From the IMG/VR virus record IMGVR_UViG_3300041407_000094, positions 1-64,000 of that record: DNA of 64,000 nucleotides. The stretch is one strand, 5' to 3'. The first letter of the stretch is position 1; the number at the start of each line of letters is the position of its first letter. The translations under genes were made by a program, and so were the position numbers. Positions 29,152 through 42,413 of the stretch are shown here, piece by piece. The notes below the pieces were generated by a model. It had not been told where the DNA came from. It did no database searches and was given only the letters and a program-made list of their open reading frames with translations. Source of the DNA: a virus.

Positions 29152-30343
29152 CACTTATCTTAGATCTTTAGCACCATTTACAACCTCTTGTGCAGCCTTT
29201 TTGTTGGTCATTTGAACTTTACGGCTTGCATTCAGGTGACTGTACTCTCCAGTTGCCCGTGCAGCATTGATTGCAGATGTAGGACCAATTGAGTCAATGA
29301 TGAATGCCACTTTAGAGGTCTCATATTCACCGGCTTTGTAGAGTTCAACGAAGTAGATGGTCATTTTCGTATTCCTTTCAGGAGGTTTTCTTTGTCTGTG
29401 TGGTTAGTATAACAGACTAGAGACCTCCGTCAAGAACTATTTTCATGTTTTTACTCATTGGTTTGACACAACAATAACAGCTTCTCTAGCAGTTCATCGG
29501 GGTTACTGTCTTGATCAAAACACATAGGTACGACCTGTGATACCAATCTTTTTATCTCGTCAAGTTCGTTAGTCAGCGAGACGATCTTTTGGTCTATGTT
29601 ATCAGGGTTGTCTGAATAGGAACCGAAAGCAATGGGGTTTGCAGGAACTCCGTTTTGTAGTTTAAGGTGCTCAAAACTGGAGGAGTTGAGATTGCAAACT
29701 AATTCTCCGTTCACCCAGACTTCCCGGCACTTAGTTTTCCGGTTATCGAAAGTGCCTTCTAAGTATTCATTCATATTTGATCTTCCTAATTAGTGTTTCG
29801 TTCTGATGCCTCATTGTAAGAGAATTTATCTACCCTGTAAACAACTATTTTCAATTTATTTTAAAGCTTTCAGAGGCTCAAAGAGCCTCAAACCTAATAG
29901 GATATTCAGGCTTTGCCTGTTCCATCCATTCTCACAAAGCTTCGAATCGGATTGGCGTGTATTCAGCATAGTCATTACTCATCATAGTGAATTGCTCATA
30001 CATCTCAGCACGTTCAACATGGAGGGACTTTTACCATTGTTTCAATACAGACCGTACACTAGACACATCATCAATGAGAGAATGCAGCTTCTCAACAGCT
30101 TCCCACTCACTAAATGCACAAACAAGAATCCACAAATGACCTTTGCAATAGCTAGTGTCGTAATTCAAGATAAACATGATATTAGCTCCAGTATTGAACA
30201 GTGAAAGAATCAGCATTATTCTTAGTGAAGTAGGCTTTGTAGCCTTCACCTTTCAATTCAGCTACCAAGGAGATTGCTTGGGCTTCTGTGTAGCGTTCGA
30301 TGTAGGTCATGATCTTTACTCTGTGTTTGGTTGGTATGTCTAG

Positions 30344-30372
30344 ATTGTAAGCCCCTTTCGAGGCTCTGTCAA
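30344..30372 (-). promoter_or_regulatory. Sigma70 promoter with palindromic spacer
   Basis: TTGACA-GAGCCTCGAAAGGGGCT-TACAAT. Confidence 0.8.
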
Positions 30373-30674
30373 CCACTCTTACAAAACTAAATCATTCTCT
30401 GAGTCAGCACCACGGACATATTTGCCATCAAAAGTGTAGTAGGCGATACGATGAACCAAGCCATTGGTCTGCATAATCTTACCGAAGAAAGGGTAGAAAT
30501 CATCACCCTTATCGTGCTCGATGGTTACAGTCATACCAGATTTAGTTTTGTAGGTTTGGCCGATAGTGATCATGTTCTGTACTCTGTGTTGGTTGGGTTG
30601 AGCTTTCTGCTCTGTATGGCTCATTATGAAGCTATCCACCACACCAGTCAACAATTATTTTAAGAAGTTTATAT

Positions 30675-30899
30675 TTATTTGGGGTCTTCTGGTAAGGGCA
30701 TCCAGTGTGTAGGTGTGAAGCCAATAGGTCCATCACAAGGCAGCAATTCACCTGCACAGAAGTAGTGCCACTTGTCATCAATAAATTCACAATCTGTTAA
30801 GCGCATCTCAATTAAATCATACTGAATGTGCCCGAATAAATCAACAGATTCTAATGATAAATCTACAGTTTCAATTGGTAGCCAGTCACTCATATTCAA
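30675..30899 (-). CDS. DUF551-like protein
   Basis: N-terminal WLPIET and C-terminal THWMPLPE.P. Confidence 0.7.
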   Translation of the reverse strand: MNMSDWLPIETVDLSLESVDLFGHIQYDLIEMRLTDCEFIDDKWHYFCAGELLPCDGPIGFTPTHWMPLPEDPK

Positions 30900-32767
30900 T
30901 CCCCTTGCCCATTTATCCCACTATAATAATCCCCACCATGATTCCCTGTCCTTTTGCTCCATATGTCTTCAGCAGAATGTTCAGACAAGGTGTTTTCGAT
31001 ATTGTCCCAACTCATGTATTTACTATTCCACTTGTGAAGCTTCTTAGACTTGATGTCTAGCCTGTAATCAGAGCCTAAGCTTTGATCATCACTATCTAGC
31101 TTAAAGTAAACTGTTGTATATGTCACCCATGTGCAAGTGAGAAAACTTGATTCATAGTAGTCGGCTTGGAGCTTGTATTTGGTGCCCTCTTGATAGTTCA
31201 TGATTCAATCCTAAGATAATTGATAGATCTTTTCTAGAACCAATTGTTTGATTGGTTGAGCATCAGGCTTGTAGTTTGTCTCCACTTGAACAGAGTAAAC
31301 GTATGCAAACTCTTCACTTAGTTTCTTGTGAAGTAATTCAGGAATTTCTGTGACAAACTCGTATTGTTCTAGATACAAGTAGTCATCACCAGATTCTGTC
31401 TTTAAGGCTACAGCAGCATATTTAATCTTCATCTAAATTCTCCACTAGGTCAGGTATGATAGCGCGAAGCTTCCACATGTAGTACATACAGTTGTTTTCA
31501 TTGTGAACAGGAACCAGTCACTCGGGAATCCACGTCAGAAATTGTTTGTCGGTCATTTGTTTTTCTCTTCCTTGATACGCATTGCATAACCCAGCATCAT
31601 GTTGAAGTTGAAAGGAGTATAGCCATGGAATTCGCTAGTAGGCCATTCACCATCCATCTTAGTAATGCATTCTTCAATAGACATGGATTTCAAGTCTTCA
31701 CAAGCTGCTTCATAGCCTTTAGCTTGGATTGCATCTTTCTCTTCGCGGGTCAGTTGGGTAGTCATGTCTTTAGTCTCTTTGGTTGGTGAGAGCTTTTCTC
31801 TCTTCTTGTGTCCATTCTACTCTATTGATGCGGACGTGCAAGCTTTATTTAAAAGAATTTCGATTTATTTGCGATGCAGTCATTAGGACTTTTCAATGAG
31901 TTTTATGTCTTGCAGCGATAGACCAGTCTCTTCTAAAAAGTAATCTACCGCCTTTCTGACATCTGTATGCATGGATTTTACCCAAGTCCCGTTATATGCT
32001 GTAATCTTCCAGATCATGCCTCTATCTCCCAATTCCGCTTAAGACTCCGCTCAGTACTATAGCTTCGCTTCTTGTCTTTACGATCTGTCTTATACTGGTC
32101 TGCACACTTGCGCTTAGAAGAATGCTTGCGTTCATATTTCTGGCATGATTCTTGTGTGTAGGTGTTCATTACATCCAATCCTCGTTTACATCACCAAAAG
32201 TAAAATGACCAACATCACGCAATTCCTTGAGTGCTTCAGCAATCACATAGGCCCGATAGCTTCCATTGTGATGATTCTCATCAAGAAGGAACAATTCAAT
32301 AGCTGAAGACTTCAAAGCTTCTGGAAGATTCATACTAGCCTCTTTCGCATAGGGTGTCAACTCAAGCACCTTAGACCAAACATACTCTCTTGACCATTTC
32401 ATTTCAACATCTCCGATTCAATCATCTGTTTTGTATTATACATTGGAACACATGGAGTGTCTGACGTAGGAAGACAGACCCATTGCCCATTGTCACGGAA
32501 TAATTTAGCACGTGTGCCTTGGGAAAGGAAGAGAAAAGCTTGTTGGAAGGTTGTTTGATAGTTTGTCATTATTGTTCTTCCAAGTGTACGCAGTTAGCAA
32601 GGTTTGTATAGTCTTGAGTGATAGTTGTGACAGCCGTAAGTTTAGGAGTTCCCATAGGACTACGAACTTCATCAAAACGCTTAAAAGCTTCTTGGACATC
32701 TGTAAACTCTTCCGACCAAGAATCGTGGATTTCTAATACATATTTGATTGTGGTTGTATTATCCATG

Positions 32768-33394
32768 TTACACCTCTTTAAGAGTCTTAATGTATCGTTT
32801 GGTTGCTTGGCTGTAGTGTATCAAAGCTTTAGTGGTCTTGCAAGCAATCTGTAAAATCTTTTTAAAACTATTTGTGTGGGGAAGATCCTCGATGAAATCG
32901 GACATCCAGCTCACTCCACAAGGTGTGGCTACCTCTGTGTGGGTGTACTCTACATCAGACGTTTCATAGGCACTTTCTACGCCAACTTCGTCTGTTTCCT
33001 CACGAATTGGACGGACACTTGTAGCTTTCTTAAGAAGCTCTTCAGCCCTATCACGTTTGACGATTAAAATGTCACGTAATTTTGAATAGGTGTGAATGTC
33101 CATCCCGGCTTTACGTTCGGCTTCAAGTTCGATGAGTTGTTCTGTCAACACACGAACCCGGCGTTGCTGAGGTAAGATGCGATCAACCAAAGGGATGGAA
33201 GTCTTACGTTTCTCTTTGTTAGCTTCAAGTGCAGCATCAGAGAAAGCTTCTACTCGGGCCCTCCCATTTTTATCAAATGTGCTGAAGTCAACCGAACGAT
33301 CACCGCGATACTGGTCATTTCCGCCGGACCAAAGTCCATGCTCTTCGCAGCTATTTAGAAAACTTGGTTGTATGTACATGCGAGTCATTATCAT
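32768..33394 (-). CDS. Hypothetical protein
   Basis: Longest non-HNH ORF of the early block; ATG 33394 after AGGAG. Confidence 0.7.
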   Translation of the reverse strand: MIMTRMYIQPSFLNSCEEHGLWSGGNDQYRGDRSVDFSTFDKNGRARVEAFSDAALEANKEKRKTSIPLVDRILPQQRRVRVLTEQLIELEAERKAGMDIHTYSKLRDILIVKRDRAEELLKKATSVRPIREETDEVGVESAYETSDVEYTHTEVATPCGVSWMSDFIEDLPHTNSFKKILQIACKTTKALIHYSQATKRYIKTLKEV

Positions 33395-33475
33395 TCTCCT
33401 GAAGCTTTGTTTGTTCCTGTTGTGATGATTGTATAACAACGCAGAAAGGAGCACAAGGCTCCTTTAAGGTTTATT

Positions 33476-34249
33476 TTAGTCATCTATTGAGATTTCCCAT
33501 GACAGTAAGGCTTGGTAAGCCCTTGGGTCAATTTGATCCTTATAGATTTCAGCCGCTTCCTTGATCACACGTTCTTTGTTCGTTTTGTAGAACATAAAAG
33601 CTTCGTTCACTGTCCAAAACCTTTTAAGTTTCTTTGACCCACTAAACTCATTGAATTGTGCTGTGAATTGGTTTCGGCCTTTACCTTTATGTACACCAAT
33701 AGGGTATTCACCCCGCCCACCAATTCGGGTAACAATTAGCATATTCAAATCGTGGGGTAGCATCACACAGGTGTCTGGCCCATAAACTTTATTACCTTTG
33801 AATAAAAGATCCTTGTCAATGTTCCACATGTTGTTGCCCCAACCTATGGCAGACTCTGACCAGTCTCCAAAATCTTGAAAGCACTCCCACTGTGAATCGA
33901 CAGAACAACCTCTGTATGTTGGTTTCTGAATTAGAAATTTCTCCGAATGACATCGATTATAAAGGCCCTTCCATGTAGAATACTCTAATGTGTGTACGCC
34001 AGAGGCTAGTGGTATGTGCTTACCAATGCCGACATAGCCCCTACCATATACGGACGGCTTGTATGGATTATAAAGCTTACCGTTACTAAGATTAGTCGTA
34101 TTAACAACCTGTTCATAGCCAACACCATCAAGCCACTTGACCAATACCCTTTGTTTGCCTAACCCTGACACTTCAAGTATCTGCACATCCACACCACAGT
34201 TTGTTGGATATACATCACCTATAAAATACTTTCTTACTGTCACAAACAT
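33476..34249 (-). CDS. HNH homing endonuclease
   Basis: VYGRGYVG, W..LYNRC, IDKDLL.KGNKVYGPDTC. Confidence 0.88.
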   Translation of the reverse strand: MFVTVRKYFIGDVYPTNCGVDVQILEVSGLGKQRVLVKWLDGVGYEQVVNTTNLSNGKLYNPYKPSVYGRGYVGIGKHIPLASGVHTLEYSTWKGLYNRCHSEKFLIQKPTYRGCSVDSQWECFQDFGDWSESAIGWGNNMWNIDKDLLFKGNKVYGPDTCVMLPHDLNMLIVTRIGGRGEYPIGVHKGKGRNQFTAQFNEFSGSKKLKRFWTVNEAFMFYKTNKERVIKEAAEIYKDQIDPRAYQALLSWEISIDD

Positions 34250-34252
34250 CTC

Positions 34253-34459
34253 CTATAATTTCTTAGATATATTTCCACACACTGAGCAACGCACGGAGCC
34301 ACTGCACAACATCATTAAAATGTAGACAGGTAATGCCAACAGACCGGTTAGTAGGGTCAAGACCAACCCTACAAAGTGCCCACCGCCGGATAACCCAGAC
34401 TTAATACCCACCCGGTTTGCCTTGCAAGACTTACAGAAACACATCACTTGACTGCTCAT
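34253..34459 (-). CDS. Zinc-ribbon membrane protein
   Basis: CKSC, hydrophobic segment, CSVCG. Confidence 0.65.
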   Translation of the reverse strand: MSSQVMCFCKSCKANRVGIKSGLSGGGHFVGLVLTLLTGLLALPVYILMMLCSGSVRCSVCGNISKKL

Positions 34460-37400
34460 TCTATATCACCTCAATCAATTCAGTTGTATACCAATTCTGT
34501 AGCCACTGGCCCTTACCATCATCAAAAAGTATAGTGGCTGTTTCATTGTCCTGTCCTACGTTGTTAAAGGTTATCTCTTTAACCTCACAAGCGGATTTGA
34601 ATTTGCTGCCACCTACATGGGTGAACACCTTATCACCGGGTTGAAGCTCGCCTATAAGCTTTTTGATGATCACACTCCAAACCGATTAGTCAGCATGCGA
34701 TCACGAGTGGCGTTGCTTGCTGAAGCACCGTAGTGGGTCTTGGAAGACAAGGCTGCATAGGCGGCTACAGCTTGTTCGTTAGAAAGGATGCCAGCTTTGA
34801 GGGCTGCTTCTACACGGGCTTTGAGTTGGGACATGTTCATGGTTGTTGCTCCGGTTGGTTTAGAAGCTTTCTGCTTCCTATGTCTTAGAGTTTAGGGTAT
34901 CTAGAAAGTCCTGTCAACGCCTATTTTCATTTTATTTAACTCCTGCGAGTACCGAGGCAACCAGCACAGATGTCAGCGTAGCCACAATCATCCAGAAAAT
35001 CACTTCACATACAAAGTCAGTAATGTTCATCTCAATCACCTTGGTTTGTTTGGTTTCTTACTCTATTGTGGTAATTCTAGGTCAACAAAAAGCCCCAGTC
35101 AAGGGGCTTGGTGTAAATCTTTTCACTTATTCACTAGGTTTTAACACCTGTTTGCAACTCTCTGAGATAACAAGTAGCTTCGAACGATTCTCAATGCTAC
35201 TTTGACTAATCACTTCTGTCAGCTCAACGATCCCTTCCACCACTTCAACAAATTTCTCAAGCTGTTGTTTTAGCTGATCTATTTCCTGTTGCTGCAAGTC
35301 AAACAACTCATTCATCAGTTGCATGCGTTCGGCAGTGTCGTCTGTTTGCGGTTGGATTTCAATAACGTTTTCATAACATTTGTAGATGTCTACGGGGATC
35401 AGAGCGGTTACTGTGTATTCACTATCCTCCAACGCCCACGAAGCCTCGTTAATGTCTCGGATGAAGAGTGAACGATTATCCCTTTCTACTAAATAACCTT
35501 TGACATTAGTCATGGTCTGATCCTCAATTTTCGCGCCGGATAGTCTTGAATGCATCGGTCAAATACCGTTTGATTCTGCGCTTTCCATCTTTGAGACGGA
35601 ACACTGAGTAGCCTTGATTGTTGTCAAGCTTGGTAATCGTACCAAGAAACAATCCACTATCGTTAAACACACGGCGGACTTTGCCGGGGTTGATTGTGCT
35701 GAAAGTGCTTTTGATCTGTGTGACTGCCATGATTTTGTACTCTCTATTAAGGTTAGGTTAACAGACTAAAAGTTTTGCTCTACTTTTACTGCTGTGCCTC
35801 CCTGTTCGCCGAGACTTCTTTGTTACTCGGCTGCTTGCATCTCCCTTCTGTGACTTAATAGTATGCGAGCCTGATCATGGCGTCAAGCTCTTCTGTCAAA
35901 ATAAATCAAATTATTTCAAACCTATCAATCGTTATAGATAAGTCCTTGATTTACCAGCACTTGCTCAATACTCCCAAGGCTGATAGCATAAGCTTTAGCC
36001 TCATCTGTAGGGTAAGCTGTATCGAAATCAATATCCTCAGCAAACCACAGGTTGCTGTCTAGGAATCCTTCCAGTGTGCTGATAGGAAGGTTTGAATAAG
36101 CGAGACAATCCATCAGTGCTTCATTGTGAACACCTTCTACTTTCAAGGATTCCAATACAGCTTTGATGGTAGAAACTTCGATTCTTGCGATCATTTTAAG
36201 CTCCATTAATGTTGTGTGTTGACTCGTTTGTGTTACAGATCTACAGAGTGTGTTGCTTTGGTGAATCACCCTGTAAGCGCCATGGTACAGCCTTTGGTTG
36301 CGAATACAAGATGTGATCCAATATATTTACACATTTATTTTCCAATGATTCCTTGCAATTTCTCAGCTTGTTGCTGTAGATCCGTGATCTGTTGCATCAG
36401 AATGTCAAGCTGTTCTTGCTCAGCACTTTTACGACCAAAGATTTCAGCTTCAAATCCCTCTTGAACAGCACGGTAATCAATCAGATTAAATTTATCAGCA
36501 ATAAATTTATTGTATGCCACTCCATCAGGGTCAACAAATGACTTAAGGGTTTTGTAAAGGCTGTAGCCAACAGTCCCATTTGCTCGTGCGCTGATTGCAT
36601 AAAGCCAAGCTGCATCTTGTAAAGTCATCTCGATATTAATTTTGTCTTCACGTTTCATTTGTTTCTTCTCCTCAATAATTTCAAAATAAACATTAGGTAG
36701 AAAATAGCTGCCGTCAACCTTTAGCCCATCGTCGCACAATGCAACTACTTCATGAGTTTCTTTATTGTTCAAGAGGTAGTTGAACGCTGTCATACCCCTG
36801 TAGCCTTCTTTCACACGCACAGTATCACCAACGTTAAACATTTGTTTCTCTCCTAAAACATTAATTTAAATTATCAAAACACCAGCTCTTTAAAACATCC
36901 CAGTGATTGCATGCCACTGTTCTTCTACAAACCGAATCCCTTTGCAATATTCATAGTTATAAGGTCCGTTCAACCATTTCTCCATATGTTGCTCAAGGGC
37001 TGTCACACTGAGATTACAAGCGTAGTCACAATCAGAAAGAGCCTCTTGATAACAATCTGATTCTGTCGATTCATTTAAGGCAGTTTGCAAGCGTTCTTTT
37101 AGTTGTTGAAGAGGGTTCATTATCAATCCAAGCACCATCACACAGTTCGTTGTTGCCAGTTTTTATATCAAAGTCTTTAACTTTATATTCAGCACCATAC
37201 GTGAACCCACACGATGTTGGTGTGCCAAGTAACCTAACTTTCATAAATTTCTCCTCTGGATATCTAAATTCCTATTTCAAGCTATTTCTCAACTGTGCTA
37301 ATTCCTCCCGCAATCTGTCCACCACTTCCACATTATTACTAGCAATGCAGTCAGATATTACCCCTCTAGTTCGTCTATTGAATCTAGTATCTGCGCCTCA

Positions 37401-37998
37401 ATATCTATATCAAACTCAGGTTCATTTAGGTGGGTTGTAGGCTGAGATTTCAAGCCCTCTAGTCGCATGAGTTGTGTGAAAGTATCTACGGACATAAGAC
37501 CATATCTGACCATCTTATTTCTCCTCAATTTCTATCTGATTAATTATGTGAGATAAGCTCTACTTCTCACCACCCAAACAATACCCCAATTTCCCTCACA
37601 AAACAACCCTTTCATGCGGCTTTTTGTATGTTTAAGCCACGTTAGGGATTAGTTGATACAAGGGCAAGCCAAAGCAATAATCCCTGTTTAATTCCACTCC
37701 AAAACACTATTCTTCAGTGTCTGCATCAACTCTTTATAATCCATCTCTCCCGGCTCTTGAAATTTCTTCAAAGATTCTTCCAGCCACAAAGCTTCCACAC
37801 CATCACATTCTATAAAATCCACAAGAGGAGTGTCTAGAATGTAGGCGTGTCCTTCATTTGTGTAAATTGTCTGCCCTGTAAGCCTACACACAAAATCTTC
37901 ATTAGCTTCGATAATGGCTTCGATAATGTAACACCCATTATGCTCTGATAGGAGTTTACTTTGGAGAATGACCTTTTCGCCTATGCTAAAGAGGTGGT

Positions 37999-38184
37999 TC
38001 ATGATTTATCCTCTTTAGTGAGCACACGCTGGCTGACATTGCCCGCAACATACGCACTAATGATAACCATTGTCAGTGACTGAAACACATCTGGTGGGAG
38101 CGTACCACTCCATAAACACACGAAGAACAGGAGCTGTGTAATGGATATGAGAAGAAACTTACGAGATAGAAATTTATCAGACAT
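37999..38184 (-). CDS. Small two-TM holin-like membrane protein
   Basis: KFLSRKFL N-terminus, two hydrophobic helices, AY..GN, charged tail. Confidence 0.5.
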   Translation of the reverse strand: MSDKFLSRKFLLISITQLLFFVCLWSGTLPPDVFQSLTMVIISAYVAGNVSQRVLTKEDKS

Positions 38185-40567
38185 TCTCTTCGTCCTCATC
38201 AGTTAGAATTTTACCATGTTTATACAATTCAGCACAGACATTCTGGTGAATACGAATAGTCCCTTGAATACCAGACTCCATATGCAAGATGCTCCCACGC
38301 TTTCTCTCGGAAGAATCCCACTCCCAAACGATTGTTTCAGCATAGCGACCTCCGTACATGGAGGAGCTTTCTCTATCGATTGTAGACACATAAAATGCCT
38401 TATCTTCTTTTGTTTCGTTTGAATAAAACACATAGGTTTGGATAAGGGTTTTGTTTGGTCCACGTTCTTCTGAATAACTCATGCTCCATCCTCGCAAAAT
38501 AATGTATCTTCCACATAATCCCTACAAGCCAAGGCATAATTATACCGGGCCTGTTTAAGCTCCTCCTTCGCCAGAATGTACTCTAAAGATCCGTCTAGAG
38601 AAGTCTTAGCTGTCTTATAGCTTTGTTCAGCTAACGTTAGGATTTTACGAAGCTCTGTTAGTTCGTTCATTTCACCAATCCCTTCGCAAACATCATTGCA
38701 TCACTCACATTTCCAAATGTCTTAGCAATGTTGTTAAAGATTACAGTCCAAACATTATCTTTGTTTTTGAATGGGAGGATTCCCAATCCGTTAATGGTCA
38801 TTAGTTCTGCTGAATTACTCATTTAGTTTCTCCTAGGATCGTGCCTATCATTCGTCGAGAACATTATGCACAGAATTATAAAAGGATAAAAGAGGAGGCA
38901 AAATACTAGGAACATTATCCATTACCCCTCATAGCCAAATCGATTGCATTATTAATATCTTCTTCACTGGACTCTGTGCTCCCCATACTTGCAAAGAAGT
39001 CACGGGATTCTTCACTCAAACTGTCCCACTCAATAGCGCACTGAGACAGGAGGAAGGTCCACCGTTCGTGATTCAGAATCTGTTCAGCGGATGGACGCTT
39101 TGCTACTGTCACGCGCTTAGTTTTAACCGACATTACCTTTCTCCCTTACCAGTCAATATCAATTGTATAGTTACCAGCTTCAATCAAGCCTTTTGTATGT
39201 AGGTCATTTGCAATCATTTGAACATCTGGATAGAAGTTACGTTCCCACCAAAGACCAAGACTCCAACTACCATTCTCATTTGGAATTGATTTCTTTGGAT
39301 CACGCTCAAGCCAAGCTTTGAAACTAACTCCCATATCTTCATGGTTAACGACTTCTGGAACTGTGTCATTCTCATAGTCATAAGCTTCTTGAGGAATTGT
39401 AATCTGAACACGTTGACGTTCTTTACAACCATCTTGTTGCTGGAAACTGTAAGGCTTACCATAAGTGTCAATTACTAGTTGATCCCAATCACCAACATCA
39501 ATGACTTGTTCTGTTCGTGTACTGATCTTCATAACCATCTCTCCTCTCTATCCTACATAACATATCTATTTCATTTATTTCAGCGCTTTTAACGCCATGT
39601 CTTGTGTGTTGATTATGGTAGGTTTTGGTGGATGTGTCAAGTATAAATTATCCAGCTATCATACTCTTCTGACCAATGAGAGAACTCCTCCATCTCTGTA
39701 AACTCTCGTGAACCGGGGAGATAAATCACATCGTGATCAGCAGCTAGCCATTCATCACCAAAACCACGATCATCAAGAAATTGCAAGGCTTGAAGCAAAC
39801 TTTTCACTGTACTCATTCTGTTTTCTCTTTGTTGTTGATGAAAAAGATACATGCATTCACATCTTTGACACTCACTTCCATACACAACCACGGTTGATAA
39901 CGAGGAGCTGTCTCTACCAGATACCGATAGCAAAGCTCCTTTCGTGGGCAGTTTGTGCCAACGCATTTACTATAGGTTGACACTAGACATACTCCACTTT
40001 TTCTGTCATCACTTGAGTAACTTTACGTGTCAAGCCTTCCTTCTCAACACTGATGTCAAACAAACCTTCACCAGAGCTGTGATAAGCTTTCACTTGTGCG
40101 TAAGTACCATTATCATTTGCAATATAGAACTGAATGATCTTTGAATAACTCTTTTCTAACAAAGTTTCCTTGTTCAACAGCTCGTCAGGCTCATAGTTGT
40201 GCAGGATACACCAATCTTCAAATTCTGAACGGTAGTTAAATCGCATTAGTTTTTCTTCTCCCAAGATATACAATGATTATAACCATCATGATGTCTTACA
40301 TATTTACAAGATAGATAATTCATTCGCCCTCCTACATCATTTGTGTATTTAGGGTGCGAGCAACGCCATTCAAGGAGTGTCATATACCGCAATTGTAGAG
40401 GGAAGCATTTGTATTTGCAATCTGTGCAGGTTTTCATTTATTAATCCTTAGTAAATTTACCCTTACCCAGTAGCCAAGCTTGAAGGCTGTACGGTAGTCA
40501 GTATGTATTTTTGTAATAACTTCCCAGTCAGTTTTCTTGCATTTCACACCGCAAAGAAAGGCATAGA

Positions 40568-40831
40568 TCATTTAATAGCCTCCGGCTTGTCTGGTAAAGA
40601 CATCCAATGTGAAACAATAGGACGATTACAGAACCCCGGACCATCTGCAACAGTTTCCACAAACTCACAATGATCCTCAATTCCTAGCCAATAACCACCA
40701 TCATCATGGTTGCTGTCTGTTTGCCACCTGTCAATCTCAATAGAGAAGTCAGGATCACCCGCCCACTTGACACAGATCAAAGCGTCTGCTGATTTAGTTG
40801 GCGGAGATAGTTTAAAATTATTCCATGTCAT
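40568..40831 (-). CDS. DUF551-like protein
   Basis: C-terminal VSHWMSLPDKP. Confidence 0.65.
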   Translation of the reverse strand: MTWNNFKLSPPTKSADALICVKWAGDPDFSIEIDRWQTDSNHDDGGYWLGIEDHCEFVETVADGPGFCNRPIVSHWMSLPDKPEAIK

Positions 40832-42017
40832 TTGATTACCTCCAATTCAGTTAATACCTTTAAGTTCTTTCAGTATGTCTGTGATCCAAAGCTGCTCTTT
40901 ACCAATTAACTTCTCAACTCTTGAGTCAAGCACTTTGACAAGAGTTTTATATTTACCAACCTCTAGAATTTCTACTTTAAAGCAGATGTTTCCGTCAGAT
41001 GTTTGTTGAGTGATTATATCACCTATTTTTAGTTTCATTCTCCAACCCTCCGCAATTCATTAACCAAAACATAACATCTACCGGTAGTTTTGTCCATCCC
41101 CATCACGCAGATATGTTCACCCTTACCTAGCTCATCAGGAGAGGTTCCAACACGAATTAGTAGCTCTTTTCCCGCCAACTCTTCCCATTTGAAGGTGGGG
41201 TTTGCTAGGGTGTCTTTAGTGAATAAGGGAGTCATCAGAAAACATCCTCTTCCTCATAAACCATGTTGATTCCTTTACCATACTCCTTGTAATAACCTTT
41301 TGGACATTTGGAATATGAATATTCTTTCCAGTCTGTAATAGTTAACACACGCTCAGGATACTGCTCAATTGTAAATTTGTCTCCTTCGCGGATACCATAC
41401 CAAGCTCCGTTGCAGACGTAATACTTACCTGTTGACTGCTCAATTATACACAACAGATTGGATTCCTTTGAAAACATATAGACATCTTTCATTTAATCAT
41501 CTCCTTAGCAGCCCACACTATAATTTCCATTGCTATTTCTTGTCGGTCATCGAAAGCATACGAACCAAAATACTTATATTCCGTTTGTTCAATAGCCCAT
41601 TGTATCTCTTCCGTGCTGAAATGTATTGGAGCTTTTTGCTCAGCACTCCAAGATGTACGTTCCATGTAGAATTGATTGTATGTCCAGTGGTCGAAGATCA
41701 TTTATATTTCTCCAGAAAATTACTAGCTTCCTCATTAAGATTCTCAAGAACTTCTGCATAAATCAAAGCTACACCTTCAAGCTCAGAGATAGCACCTTCA
41801 TATTCATAATGAGCATAAGCATTCTTGATATCGGAGATAACTTTATAGGCGTCACTCAACTCTTCTTTGAGTTTCAAGTTTTCTAGTACATAGTCAGAAA
41901 GGTTCATTCTTCATCCTCCAAATTTATAAATAGAGTAACACGCCCAACCTAGAAATGCTGCCACCATTACTATACAAGTCAACATCGTTCCAAGCCAAAT
42001 ATTTAGTTCCTCACGGC

Positions 42018-42413
42018 TCATTTCATCTCTCCCAAACGTTCATTAATACGCTGACGATTAATTTCAATAGCTTCTTGTGTAGGGATGTAGTCTCCAAACC
42101 ACCAGCTATTGATCCCTTCAATCAAACTGTCTTTCTCAATAGGATTTACTTTATATCCACGACTGACAGCTTCATTGCACAGAGAATAATACCGCTTGGT
42201 GATGAAGTCAAGCTTATCGTAAAAATGAAGCACATGGCCTGTACCCATTGTGTAAGCTGATGGTTGTTTGATCTTTTCTTTGAAATTGTATTTGTTAATT
42301 TTTCTATCTTGTGCCTTACGGACAAGACCAAAGACACGCGTTATCTCGTGGATTTCAGCGACCAAGTGTTTCGGGTGCAGTTCAGATGGGGCGATAACAT
42401 TGATTCGTGTCAT
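42018..42413 (-). CDS. denV: Pyrimidine dimer DNA glycosylase (T4 endonuclease V-like)
   Basis: MTRIN...HLVAE..EITRVF, YTMGTGHV.HFYDKL, RGY; own fused terminator/promoter at 42446-42480. Confidence 0.92.
   Translation of the reverse strand: MTRINVIAPSELHPKHLVAEIHEITRVFGLVRKAQDRKINKYNFKEKIKQPSAYTMGTGHVLHFYDKLDFITKRYYSLCNEAVSRGYKVNPIEKDSLIEGINSWWFGDYIPTQEAIEINRQRINERLGEMK

Larger units (their letters stand above)
28941..42000 (-). other. Early/host-takeover-type region: dozens of short hypothetical ORFs, many with their own sigma70 promoter
   Basis: Short co-oriented ORFs; near-consensus promoters around 29123, 29406, 29813, 30344, 30623, 33428, 34889, 35074 and 35858; A/C-rich leaders. Confidence 0.75.

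Noticed and set aside
25165-39640. Loose TTTAAGC/TTTAACG-type intergenic motifs (~25175, 37630, 39585)
   Set aside because: Too degenerate to align convincingly by eye; needs a motif search.
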